The translations under genes and the position numbers were made by a program. This document shows, piece by piece, positions 8,346-15,837 of a stretch of DNA of 32,000 nucleotides (within the stretch, counting starts at the first letter, position 1; every line of letters starts with the position of its first letter). Below the pieces are notes generated by a model. The model was not told the origin of the DNA and did no database searches. It saw only the letters and a program-made list of their open reading frames with translations. The stretch lies in the NCBI GenBank assembly GCA_964373795.1, contig CAYJVY010000006.1, forward strand, positions 68,325-100,324, written 5' to 3'. The stretch comes from an uncultured archaeon (lineage in GTDB: Archaea > Iainarchaeota > Iainarchaeia > Iainarchaeales > DATDZZ01).

Positions 8346-8926
8346 TTAAATGGTCCTCCAGGAATTAAAAAAAATATAATTAAATTTGCAATAATAATTC
8401 CAAGAATTTCAGCAACAATTAAAAGTATTATAGGCAATAAAGTTTTAAAATGAAATATAATGTTCAAAAATTCAAGCAAAACAAAATTAGCATAATACCA
8501 TGAAAAATTTAAATAATATGAGAACGGAATTGGTTTTTTTGAAAACAAACTTCCAAAATATATTAAAAAAATTGAAAAAAACACTAAAGCAATTGTTAAA
8601 AAAATAACCATTAAAGAAATATAAAAAGTTAAAAACCAAATCATTCCTAATACAAAAATTATCAAATTATTTTCAGGTTGAACATATTTGTTAAAAAAAG
8701 GAATAATTGGAAAAATAAAAATCAATGGCAAAAGGCAGGCAATTGGAATTAAAATAATTACTCCCAGAAATGAAACTGCTCTTTCAATGTCATTTTCAGG
8801 AGTAAATCCTTTATATAAATCCAAACGAGAATTAATTGAATTAAATAAATTTTGGTCAACTGAAATCAAGTTATTTTTTAATTTAATTACAAAACTCGCA
8901 TACGGTTTAAGAAAAAAATCAAACAT
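8342..8926 (-). CDS. Polytopic membrane protein of unknown function, between rpiB and rpe
   Basis: The 194-aa product has an ATG start and about 5 TM segments. Its TGA stop overlaps the rpe ATG (ATGA, 8342-8345). Confidence 0.55.
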   Translation of the reverse strand: MFDFFLKPYASFVIKLKNNLISVDQNLFNSINSRLDLYKGFTPENDIERAVSFLGVIILIPIACLLPLIFIFPIIPFFNKYVQPENNLIIFVLGMIWFLTFYISLMVIFLTIALVFFSIFLIYFGSLFSKKPIPFSYYLNFSWYYANFVLLEFLNIIFHFKTLLPIILLIVAEILGIIIANLIIFFLIPGGPFK

Positions 8927-8943
8927 TTTAATCAGCTATTTTC

Positions 8944-9420
8944 TCAATTTGGTTTAAGAAATTGCTTTTCTATCTCTTTAATTTTATTCAATCTACGCAA
9001 ATGCCTTTCATTTTCTGGTTTGCTTCCTTCAAACTTTGTTTTTAAAAAAATTTCTACAAACTTTAATGCATCTTCTTGATTTAAAAGTTTTTCACCTAAA
9101 CATAAGACATTTGTATCTCCATGTTCTCGACATTGTTTTGCAGATGCTTCACTGAATACAACTGCTGCCCTTATGCCTGGAACCTTATTTGCTGTTAAAG
9201 CCATTCCCATTCCAGTTCCACAAACTAAAATTCCTTGAGAATTAGGATTTTTTACAACATTTTGTGCAACGCTTAAAGCAAAATCAGGGTAATCACAACT
9301 TTCTTCAGAATTAGTGCCAATGTCAGTGAATTTAAAGCCCAGTTCTTTTAATTTTTCTTTAATTGCTTTCTTTAATTTAAACCCAGCATGATCTGATCCA
9401 ATAAAAATTTTCAAACACAT
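8944..9420 (-). CDS. rpiB: Ribose-5-phosphate isomerase B (RpiB/LacAB family)
   Basis: The 158-aa product has IGSDHAGFKLK at the N-terminus and the VCGTGMGM catalytic Cys loop. Confidence 0.9.
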   Translation of the reverse strand: MCLKIFIGSDHAGFKLKKAIKEKLKELGFKFTDIGTNSEESCDYPDFALSVAQNVVKNPNSQGILVCGTGMGMALTANKVPGIRAAVVFSEASAKQCREHGDTNVLCLGEKLLNQEDALKFVEIFLKTKFEGSKPENERHLRRLNKIKEIEKQFLKPN

Positions 9421-9489
9421 AAAAACTAATTAAATAAAGAACTCGTTATTCTTAAATACTTATTTTTTAGTTTTGAACTAGTCAACATA

Positions 9490-9497
9490 TTTAAATA
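9490..9497 (+). promoter_or_regulatory. Putative TATA box (TTTAAATA)
   Basis: It lies 22-29 nt upstream of the ATG at 9519, which implies a leaderless or near-leaderless mRNA. Confidence 0.4.
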
Positions 9498-9518
9498 CTA
9501 TAAACCTGTATTTGATTG

Positions 9519-9971
9519 ATGAAATTAAAAATTTGCATTACAGCTTCTGCAGGAGGGCATTTAACTGAAATACTACAACTACGACAGCATTATTCAAAAT
9601 ATATTCATTTTTATGTTTCAGATTATAGAACTAATGCAATTGATTTAAGCAAAAAAGAACAAGTTTTTTTTGTTGAATGCCCTAGGAGAAATCCATTAAA
9701 TCTTTTAAAGAATTTTTTTCAGTCAATTAAAATTTTTTTAAAAGAAAAACCTGATTTAGTTATTTCAACTGGTGCAGATACTGCTTTTTCTATTTGCTTG
9801 CTTGCAAAATTATTCGGAAAAAAACTAATTTTCATTGAATCGTTCGCAAGAATTGACCAGCCATCCTTGAGTGGAAAAATTTTTTATCCAATAGCGGATT
9901 TATTTTTTATTCAATGGCCTGAAAATAAAAAGTTTTTTCCAAAAGCAGTTTATGTTGGAGCAGTATTTTAA
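9519..9971 (+). CDS. Alg14-like glycosyltransferase membrane-anchoring subunit (PssD/Cps14F-like)
   Basis: The product has ITASAGGHLTE (compare the GSGGHT.EM motif of Alg14). It sits immediately upstream of an Alg13-like gene. The track ORF starts at TTG 9516; ATG 9519 is more likely. Confidence 0.7.
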   Translation: MKLKICITASAGGHLTEILQLRQHYSKYIHFYVSDYRTNAIDLSKKEQVFFVECPRRNPLNLLKNFFQSIKIFLKEKPDLVISTGADTAFSICLLAKLFGKKLIFIESFARIDQPSLSGKIFYPIADLFFIQWPENKKFFPKAVYVGAVF

Positions 9972-9980
9972 GGTGAGAAA

Positions 9981-10463
9981 ATGAATATCTTTGTAACAGT
10001 TGGCACTCACCCGATGAGTTTTCATAGATTAACAAATGAATTAGATTTTTTAATTGAAAAATGCATGCTTGAAGACAAAATTTTTGCTCAAATTGGGTCA
10101 ACTACTCCAAAACCAAAAAACTTTGATTTTGTGGAATTGCTTTCAGAAAAAGAATATTCTAAATGGTTTGATTGGGCTGATATAGTAATATCTCACGGTG
10201 GAGCTGGAAGCATAATAAATGCTTTGGCCAGAAATAAAAAATTAATTGTAGTTCCAAGGTTAAAAAAATTCTCTGAACATACAAATGATCATCAAATAGA
10301 TTTAGCTCGCTTGCTTGAAAAACAAAAAAAGGTTTTAGGAGTATATAATATTAAATCTCTTGGCACAATAATTGAAAAAGCAAAAAAATTCAAATTCAAT
10401 GTTAAAAAAGAAGAAAACCAAATTGGAAAAAAAATCGAAGAATTTATTTCAACAAATTTTTAA
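9981..10463 (+). CDS. Alg13-like glycosyltransferase catalytic subunit (GT28 C-terminal domain; PssE/Cps14G-like)
   Basis: The 160-aa product has the VISHGGAGSIINAL motif typical of the MurG/Alg13 C-terminal domain. An AGGTGA sequence lies 5 nt upstream of the ATG. The last 6 codons and the stop lie inside the left direct repeat. Confidence 0.72.
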   Translation: MNIFVTVGTHPMSFHRLTNELDFLIEKCMLEDKIFAQIGSTTPKPKNFDFVELLSEKEYSKWFDWADIVISHGGAGSIINALARNKKLIVVPRLKKFSEHTNDHQIDLARLLEKQKKVLGVYNIKSLGTIIEKAKKFKFNVKKEENQIGKKIEEFISTNF

Positions 10464-10493
10464 TTTGAGTTGAGAGATTTTCTGCAGTGAAAC
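10443..10493. repeat. Left copy of a perfect 51-bp direct repeat
   Basis: tTTATTTCAACAAATTTTTAATTTGAGTTGAGAGATTTTCTGCAGTGAAAC is identical base-for-base to 10980-11030 by my manual alignment. Confidence 0.95.
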
Positions 10494-10502
10494 AAAATTT
10501 GT

Positions 10503-10730
10503 TTATAAGAGTTTCAGAAAATTTTCTCGTTTCATTTGCAAATCGTGTTTTACTATTTTATTCAAAAGGCTTCTATCAATGTCTTCTCCACCATGATTTG
10601 GGATTACAGTTGTTCTACCATCTGGATGTTCAAAAAACATATGACTTCCTTGTTGTCTTTTCAATTCAAATCCAAGTCGCTTTAGAATTTTCGCCAATTC
10701 AAGAGCATTCATTAGCGGAAGCTTTGACAT
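10503..10730 (-). CDS. hicA: HicA-family mRNA interferase toxin
   Basis: The 75-aa product contains ELAKILKRLGFELKRQQGSHMFFEHPDGRTTVIPNHGGEDI, the classic HicA dsRBD-like signature with conserved GSH. Confidence 0.88.
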   Translation of the reverse strand: MSKLPLMNALELAKILKRLGFELKRQQGSHMFFEHPDGRTTVIPNHGGEDIDRSLLNKIVKHDLQMKRENFLKLL

Positions 10731-10731
10731 T

Positions 10732-10941
10732 TCAAACCTCTATTTGTTGCAAACTCAAAAATTTAGTCTCAAAATTATCTAGATTTTTAACTGCAAGATA
10801 AATAGAAATTGCTTCTTTTGTTCTCTTAATTAGTTCATCATAACTTTTTGCCTGAGTATGACAACCAGGCAAACCTATTACCTCTGAAATTAAATATCCA
10901 TCTTCTCCTTGCTCAACAATTACATTAAATTTTCTTGTCAT
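10732..10941 (-). CDS. hicB: HicB-like antitoxin (UPF0150, short form without a DNA-binding domain)
   Basis: The 69-aa product reads FNVIVEQGEDGYLISEVIGLPGCHTQAKSYDELIKRTKEAI, matching the HicB N-terminal fold signature. Its stop is 1 nt from the hicA ATG. Confidence 0.82.
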   Translation of the reverse strand: MTRKFNVIVEQGEDGYLISEVIGLPGCHTQAKSYDELIKRTKEAISIYLAVKNLDNFETKFLSLQQIEV

Positions 10942-10962
10942 AATATAATACTTCTAAATGTT

Positions 10963-10972
10963 CTATAAATAG
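10963..10972 (-). promoter_or_regulatory. Putative TATA box of the hicBA cassette
   Basis: The minus strand reads CTATTTATAG, 22-31 nt upstream of the hicB ATG and inside the insert. Confidence 0.4.
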
Positions 10973-10979
10973 TTATCGT

Positions 10980-11030
10980 TTTATTTCAACAAATTTTTAA
11001 TTTGAGTTGAGAGATTTTCTGCAGTGAAAC
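10980..11030. repeat. Right copy of the perfect 51-bp direct repeat
   Basis: It is identical to 10443-10493. It encodes the authentic 3' end of the transketolase C-terminal subunit (..FTAENLSTQIKNLLK*). Confidence 0.95.
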
Positions 11031-11943
11031 CGTATTTTGTATATAACTCTAATGGCTTGCCTGATTCTCCAAAACGATTTTGCATTCCAATTCTCTTAAA
11101 AGGAATTGAACAAGAATTTTCAGCTAATACTTCACTTACAGCTGAGCCAAGCCCGCCAATTATTTGATGATCTTCTGCAGTAATTAATGCATTTGTTTCT
11201 TTTGCTGCTTTTAAAATAATTTTTTCATCAATGGGTTTAATTGAATGAATATTTATTACTCTGCAAGAAATTTTTTCTTGTTCTAAAAGTTTTGCGGCAT
11301 TTAATGCAATATAAACTAGTCCTCCAGTTGCAATAATGGTTGCATCACTTCCTTCATGTAATTGAACTCCTTTTCCAAGTTCAAATTCATAATCTGCATT
11401 GTTTACTGTAGGAGTTTTTTCTCTGTTTGTACGCAAATAACTTGCTTCTTTAAATTCTGCTAAAAATTTTGTTGCCTCGCGAGTTTCAATTCCATCGCAT
11501 GGCACTATTACATTCATGAAAGGCAGTGTTCGAAAATAAGAAATGTCTTCCAAGCATTGCGCTGTTGCTCCATCTTGTCCTGTAAGTAATCCTGCATGCG
11601 AGCCCACAAGCTTTACTGGAACTTGTGCATAGCAAACGCTTTGTCTAATTATTTCAATTGCTCGAGTTAAAAAAATTGCAAAAGTTGAAGCAAAAACTTT
11701 TTTTCCTTCAAGAGTTAAACCAACAGACATTCCAACCATGTTTTGCTCGCAAATTCCTACATAGTGAAACCTGTTTGGATCAACTTCTTTTACAGTAATG
11801 CTTTTAGTGGATAAAGCTAAATCAGCATCTAAAGCAATAATGTTTTTGTCCTTTGCAGCTAATTCTTTTAAAGCTTCTCCATAAGCATCTCTTGTTGCAA
11901 TCATTTCAATTTTTTGTTCAGTCATCTGATCAACTCTATCCAT
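10981..11943 (-). CDS. tkt: Transketolase, C-terminal (pyrimidine-binding plus C-terminal domain) subunit
   Basis: The 320-aa product contains ATRDAYGEAL and a GICEQNMVGM-type pyrimidine-binding region. This is typical of archaeal split transketolase. The start could also be the ATG at 11925. Confidence 0.9.
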   Translation of the reverse strand: MDRVDQMTEQKIEMIATRDAYGEALKELAAKDKNIIALDADLALSTKSITVKEVDPNRFHYVGICEQNMVGMSVGLTLEGKKVFASTFAIFLTRAIEIIRQSVCYAQVPVKLVGSHAGLLTGQDGATAQCLEDISYFRTLPFMNVIVPCDGIETREATKFLAEFKEASYLRTNREKTPTVNNADYEFELGKGVQLHEGSDATIIATGGLVYIALNAAKLLEQEKISCRVINIHSIKPIDEKIILKAAKETNALITAEDHQIIGGLGSAVSEVLAENSCSIPFKRIGMQNRFGESGKPLELYTKYGFTAENLSTQIKNLLK

Positions 11944-12664
11944 GAATTACGTCAAAAAATATTAATTTGTTATCCCACTTACTAAAAAAGGCGTTCCAGG
12001 GAGCCAATGAAGTTTGAGTTCTTAACATGTTTCGCAATTGTGCAATAAATCTTTCAAGCTGAGTTCCTTTACTTTTATCCTCAAACTTTTTGCTTTGCAA
12101 TAAGTCTTGAACTGTTTGAACTTCTCCAAGTTGATGTAATTCAGTAATAATTATTCCAGGCAAACCCTCTTTTCCGGAATGTCCATAATGATATTTTACT
12201 ACCTCAAAAGTAATTCCAGGAAATTTTGCTTGAAGTTCTTGTTTTCGCGCTAAGAGTTCTTTTCTCAAATCCTGTGCAACTTTAATTTGATCAATGTCTC
12301 CTTGACTTGGAAGTATTTTAACAAAAAAACTTTTTCCTTCAATCTCTAATTTGAATACTCCTCTATTTCTTCTACCTTCATATCTTGAAGTAAATGGATG
12401 AGAAAGTTTTACAGTTACAAGTGAATGAAATTCATTGTTAAGCCTTATTTCTCGAGTAACCTTTTCCCCTACTTTTAACCCGCCTTCGTGTTCTTTTATT
12501 ATTTGCCATAGCTTGGGAAGAAGGCCTTTATTTCTAACTAAAAATTCTCTGAATTCTTTTGAATAAAATGCGCGCGGACGTTGAGCAACTTTTTTTCTTA
12601 TGCTAGAAGGTTTTCTAGGTAAACGCTTTTCAGCCGATTTTCTGTTTCTTTGATTTATGCGCAT
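11936..12664 (-). CDS. Hypothetical protein inserted between the two transketolase subunit genes; Arg-rich N-terminus
   Basis: The ORF is open to TTG 12676. The first ATG is at 12664, preceded by GGTGA with 5-nt spacing, 5 nt downstream of the tkt-N TGA. Its TAG stop at 11936-11938 overlaps the first ATG of the tkt-C ORF. I recognise no family with confidence; see the findings for a weak kinase-like pattern. Confidence 0.6.
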   Translation of the reverse strand: MRINQRNRKSAEKRLPRKPSSIRKKVAQRPRAFYSKEFREFLVRNKGLLPKLWQIIKEHEGGLKVGEKVTREIRLNNEFHSLVTVKLSHPFTSRYEGRRNRGVFKLEIEGKSFFVKILPSQGDIDQIKVAQDLRKELLARKQELQAKFPGITFEVVKYHYGHSGKEGLPGIIITELHQLGEVQTVQDLLQSKKFEDKSKGTQLERFIAQLRNMLRTQTSLAPWNAFFSKWDNKLIFFDVIHG

Positions 12665-12669
12665 TAATC

Positions 12670-13533
12670 TCACCAAGTTCCGTCAACTAGTTTTTCGTTT
12701 AGTTCGCGAATAGCTTGCTCTAATTGTTCTTGAGTTGGAGCCTTGCCGTGAAAAGAAGGATTATTGTTAATAAATGAAACCCCCTTGCCTTTCACTGTAT
12801 TACAAATTATTGCAAAAGGTTTGTCTGAAGAATCTGCTTCATTTAATGCTTGAATTATTTCTTCAACTTTATGGCCGTTAACTACTCTTACATTCCAATT
12901 AAAGGCTTCAAATTTTTTGTCTAAGGGATCTACGCTTAAAATTTCGTTTACAAATCCATCGTTTTGAATTCCGTTTTTATCGATTACTGCAACCAAGTTA
13001 TGTAATTTTTTGAATCCAGCAAAAGCAGCTGTTTCCCATATAATTCCTTCTTGGGTTTCTCCATCGCCTAGCCATGCAAAAACTTTGTGTTTTTTTTCAT
13101 CAAGTTTTGCAGCTAAAGCCATTCCACATGCAACTGAAAATCCTTGTCCTAGGCTTCCAGAAGACATTTCAACTCCAGGGGTTTTCAATCTATCTGGATG
13201 GCCTTGAAGCATTCCTCCAAGTGCGCGGAGTTTTTCTAATTCTAAGTCAGGAATTATTTTTAATTTATTTAATGCTGCATAAACAATTGGGCAAGCATGT
13301 CCTTTACTCATTACAAATCTGTCCCGAGAAGGATCATGTAAATCATTTAAATTGAAATGCATTTTGTAAAAATACAAAGCAGTAATTATTTCCGCGCTTG
13401 AAAGGCTTCCACCTGGATGCCCTGAATTAGCTTTAGTAATCATTTTCAAAGCAGAAATTCTTAAGTCTCGAGCAATTTCTCTTAATTCTTGAATTTTGTC
13501 TTTTGAAAGTGTTTTCTGCATTTCCGTCGCCAC
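12670..13533 (-). CDS. tkt: Transketolase, N-terminal (thiamine diphosphate-binding) subunit
   Basis: The product has SGHPGGSLS and the GDGETQEG ThDP/Mg motif. The track ORF starts at GTG 13533, 3 nt after the tal stop. The first ATG is at 13521. Confidence 0.9.
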   Translation of the reverse strand: MATEMQKTLSKDKIQELREIARDLRISALKMITKANSGHPGGSLSSAEIITALYFYKMHFNLNDLHDPSRDRFVMSKGHACPIVYAALNKLKIIPDLELEKLRALGGMLQGHPDRLKTPGVEMSSGSLGQGFSVACGMALAAKLDEKKHKVFAWLGDGETQEGIIWETAAFAGFKKLHNLVAVIDKNGIQNDGFVNEILSVDPLDKKFEAFNWNVRVVNGHKVEEIIQALNEADSSDKPFAIICNTVKGKGVSFINNNPSFHGKAPTQEQLEQAIRELNEKLVDGTW

Positions 13534-13536
13534 AAA

Positions 13537-14190
13537 TTATACTTTTAATCCAGCTTTTTTTGCATCATCTAAAAACTTTTTCAAGCCATTGTCAGTTAAA
13601 GGGTGTTGAAACATTTTTTCTAATACATTGAAAGGCATTGTACAATACTCTGCTCCAAGCCTTGCAGATTCAACTACATGCCTTGGATGTCTAATGCTTG
13701 CAACTAAAATTTTTGTTTGAATGTAGGAATATTTTTCAAATATTTCTTTAATCTCTTTAATTAAATTCATTCCATCTTCAGAAATATCGTCTAAGCGGCC
13801 AATGAATGGTGAAACAAATTCTGCTCCAGCTTTTGCAGCAATTAATGCTTGATTTGAAGAAAAAATTAAAGTGCAATTAATTTTAATTCCTTCAGAGGAA
13901 AGAGTTTTAATTGCTTTAACCCCTTCTGGAATAAATGGAACTTTTACTACAATGTTTTTATGCAGTGCTGCAAGAATTCTTGCTTCTTTTAAAATCTCGT
14001 TATACTCTGTTGCCAAAACCTCTGCTGAAATTGGGCCATCAACTAGTTTAGTTATTTCTTTAACTCTTTGCTTGAAGTCAACTCCTTCTTTTGCAATTAG
14101 GGATGGATTAGTTGTAATGCCGTCACATAAACCCCATTCAACTGCTTGTTTGATTTCATTTAAATTAGCTGTGTCTAAAAAAAATTTCAT
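13537..14190 (-). CDS. tal: Transaldolase, short TalC/fructose-6-phosphate aldolase family
   Basis: The 217-aa product has MKFFLDTAN, GITTNPSL, VVKVP (Schiff-base Lys) and SPFIGR motifs. Confidence 0.9.
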   Translation of the reverse strand: MKFFLDTANLNEIKQAVEWGLCDGITTNPSLIAKEGVDFKQRVKEITKLVDGPISAEVLATEYNEILKEARILAALHKNIVVKVPFIPEGVKAIKTLSSEGIKINCTLIFSSNQALIAAKAGAEFVSPFIGRLDDISEDGMNLIKEIKEIFEKYSYIQTKILVASIRHPRHVVESARLGAEYCTMPFNVLEKMFQHPLTDNGLKKFLDDAKKAGLKV

Positions 14191-14249
14191 TCATTCACCT
14201 TTAATTAACTTGTAAAAAACTAGCGTCAAAAAATTTAAATACCTATTAA

Positions 14250-14537
14250 TTAAGCTACTTTTTTGGAAAATTTTTTCAAAGCCTCTATTGAAGCTCTTTT
14301 AACTGCGTCAGGCTCGTTTGCTCTAATAAGTCCTTGAAGGAATGGAACAAAAACAGGATTTCTTGAATTGCCTGCTTGACTTACTAGTGAAACTTTTTCA
14401 GGCAGTGAACGGCTTTCACCAAATCTTTTAATTAACAGTTCAGAGTTAACAGCTGCTGTTGGTAAAACTCGTTGTTTTAAAGGAGTTCTTCTTCGCTCCA
14501 AAGAAATAATGCTTGCAGGCCTACGCGGTTTCAACAT
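14250..14537 (-). CDS. Hypothetical small protein with an Arg-rich N-terminus and one HEAT-like repeat
   Basis: ATG is at 14537; the track start at 14540 is TTG. The product begins MLKPRRPASIISLERRRTPLKQR. The C-terminal PFLQGLIRANEPDAVKRASIEALKKF resembles a HEAT/PBS-lyase repeat. Confidence 0.5.
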   Translation of the reverse strand: MLKPRRPASIISLERRRTPLKQRVLPTAAVNSELLIKRFGESRSLPEKVSLVSQAGNSRNPVFVPFLQGLIRANEPDAVKRASIEALKKFSKKVA

Positions 14538-14594
14538 CAATCACATTAAAATTGTTGTTAAAGTATTATAAAAAGCTTTTGCAACAAAAGAGCC

Positions 14595-15785
14595 TTATTT
14601 TTGTTTTTTCAAAGCAATTTCAATTTCCTTCATTCCTTTTTCTATTAGCTTCAAATTTGTTGCAAAACTGAATCTAAGAAAGCCTTCACCTGCATTGCCA
14701 AACTCTGTTCCTGGAATTGTTACAACTTTTGCTTTTTTAATTAGCCATTCGCAAAACTGAATTGAAGATCCGTGCCTGGAATCAAATTTTGGAAAAGCAT
14801 AAAATGCTCCTTCAGGTTGAACTTTTAAATCAAATTCAGGAATTTCTTGAAATCGTTTGCAAATAAATTTATTTCTTTTTTCGTATTCTTTTCGCATTAA
14901 TTCAACTGATTTTTTTGATTCAGGGTTACGTAAAGCCTCTAAAGCTGCAAGCTGAGAAATGGTTGAAGTTGCAAGAGAAGTATATACATGTGTTTTTTCC
15001 ATGTCTTGAATTAACCATTCAGGGCCAACAGCATACCCTACTCTAAATCCTGGCATTGCAAAGGTTTTAGAAAAACTTTGAAAAGATACAACATTTTCCT
15101 GCAAGCCATTAAATGAAGCAATTGAAACATGTTTTGCTTTTCTAAAAACAAATTTTTCATAAGCTTCATCTGAAAAAATAATTAAATCATGTTCAATTGC
15201 AATGTCTGCAATTTCTTCAAGCAAGTTTTTTTTAAAAACAGTTCCAGTGGGATTTGAAGGAGAATTAAGAATTAATGCTCTTGTTTTAGGAGAAACAAGT
15301 TTTTTTATTTCATCAGGGTTTACTTGAAAACCATTTTCATCAGACAATTTAAGTGAAACAGGAACTGCTGAAATTAATTCAGCCATTGGCTTGTAAGCAA
15401 GAAAACCCGGATCAGGAATAATTATTTCTTCAGTTACATCTAATACTCCAGTCATTGCCAAAAACAAGGCTTCAGTAGAACCAGCAGTAACAATTACTTG
15501 TTTTTGCGAGTCATTCACAAAAATCTTGTTTTCTTTTTTCACTTTTTTTGCAATTGCATCTCTTAAGTCAGGTCTTCCTCCAGAAGAAGAATAATGAGTA
15601 AAACCTTCATCCAATTTTTTTTTCGCAAAATCAATTATGTGTTTTGGAGTTGAAAAATCTGGTTCTCCAGGGCCTAAAGAAATAATTCCTTTAACGTTTT
15701 CAGCCATTGCAAAAAGCTTTGGAAAAATCGTTTTAGGCAATTCAAGGGTTCTCTCTGATTCCAAGAATCTTAAACTCTTTGACAT
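14595..15785 (-). CDS. PLP-dependent aminotransferase, class I (aspartate aminotransferase-like)
   Basis: The 396-aa product has NPSNPTG and SFSKTFAMPGFRVGY (PLP-binding Lys). Confidence 0.88.
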   Translation of the reverse strand: MSKSLRFLESERTLELPKTIFPKLFAMAENVKGIISLGPGEPDFSTPKHIIDFAKKKLDEGFTHYSSSGGRPDLRDAIAKKVKKENKIFVNDSQKQVIVTAGSTEALFLAMTGVLDVTEEIIIPDPGFLAYKPMAELISAVPVSLKLSDENGFQVNPDEIKKLVSPKTRALILNSPSNPTGTVFKKNLLEEIADIAIEHDLIIFSDEAYEKFVFRKAKHVSIASFNGLQENVVSFQSFSKTFAMPGFRVGYAVGPEWLIQDMEKTHVYTSLATSTISQLAALEALRNPESKKSVELMRKEYEKRNKFICKRFQEIPEFDLKVQPEGAFYAFPKFDSRHGSSIQFCEWLIKKAKVVTIPGTEFGNAGEGFLRFSFATNLKLIEKGMKEIEIALKKQK

Positions 15786-15806
15786 GACACATTAAAGCAT
15801 TTCCAG

Positions 15807-15814
15807 TTTTTAAA
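15807..15814 (+). promoter_or_regulatory. Putative TATA box (TTTTAAAC)
   Basis: It lies 24-31 nt upstream of the ATG at 15838. Confidence 0.35.
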
Positions 15815-15837
15815 CTTAATTTTCTACAAATAATGTC

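Larger units (their letters stand above)
10443..11030. mobile_element. hicAB toxin-antitoxin cassette (486-bp insert with its own TATA box) bounded by 51-bp direct repeats
   Basis: The repeats are at 10443-10493 and 10980-11030. The insert at 10494-10979 contains only hicB, hicA and a promoter-like CTATTTATAG. No recombinase gene is present. Confidence 0.5.

Noticed and set aside
9511-9570. TGATGA ... CTGA as a C/D box sRNA
   Set aside because: The C-box-like hexamer spans the alg14-like start codon. The preceding base is not a purine, and there is no terminal stem or D'/C' pair.
10487-10801. A 104-aa plus-strand ORF spanning the left repeat and the hicA/hicB region
   Set aside because: It is antisense to the strongly supported hicA and hicB genes, and it starts at a GTG inside the duplicated repeat.
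13010-14215. Plus-strand ORFs of 65, 93 and 114 aa inside tkt-N and tal
   Set aside because: They are antisense to genes with unambiguous enzyme motifs. Their Ser/Leu/Pro-rich products are frame artefacts of relatively GC-richer coding DNA.
11950-14234. The 11-mer CGTCAAAAAAT present at both 11950-11960 and 14224-14234
   Set aside because: It is a single short A-rich match with no extended similarity on either side, which is compatible with chance in AT-rich DNA.
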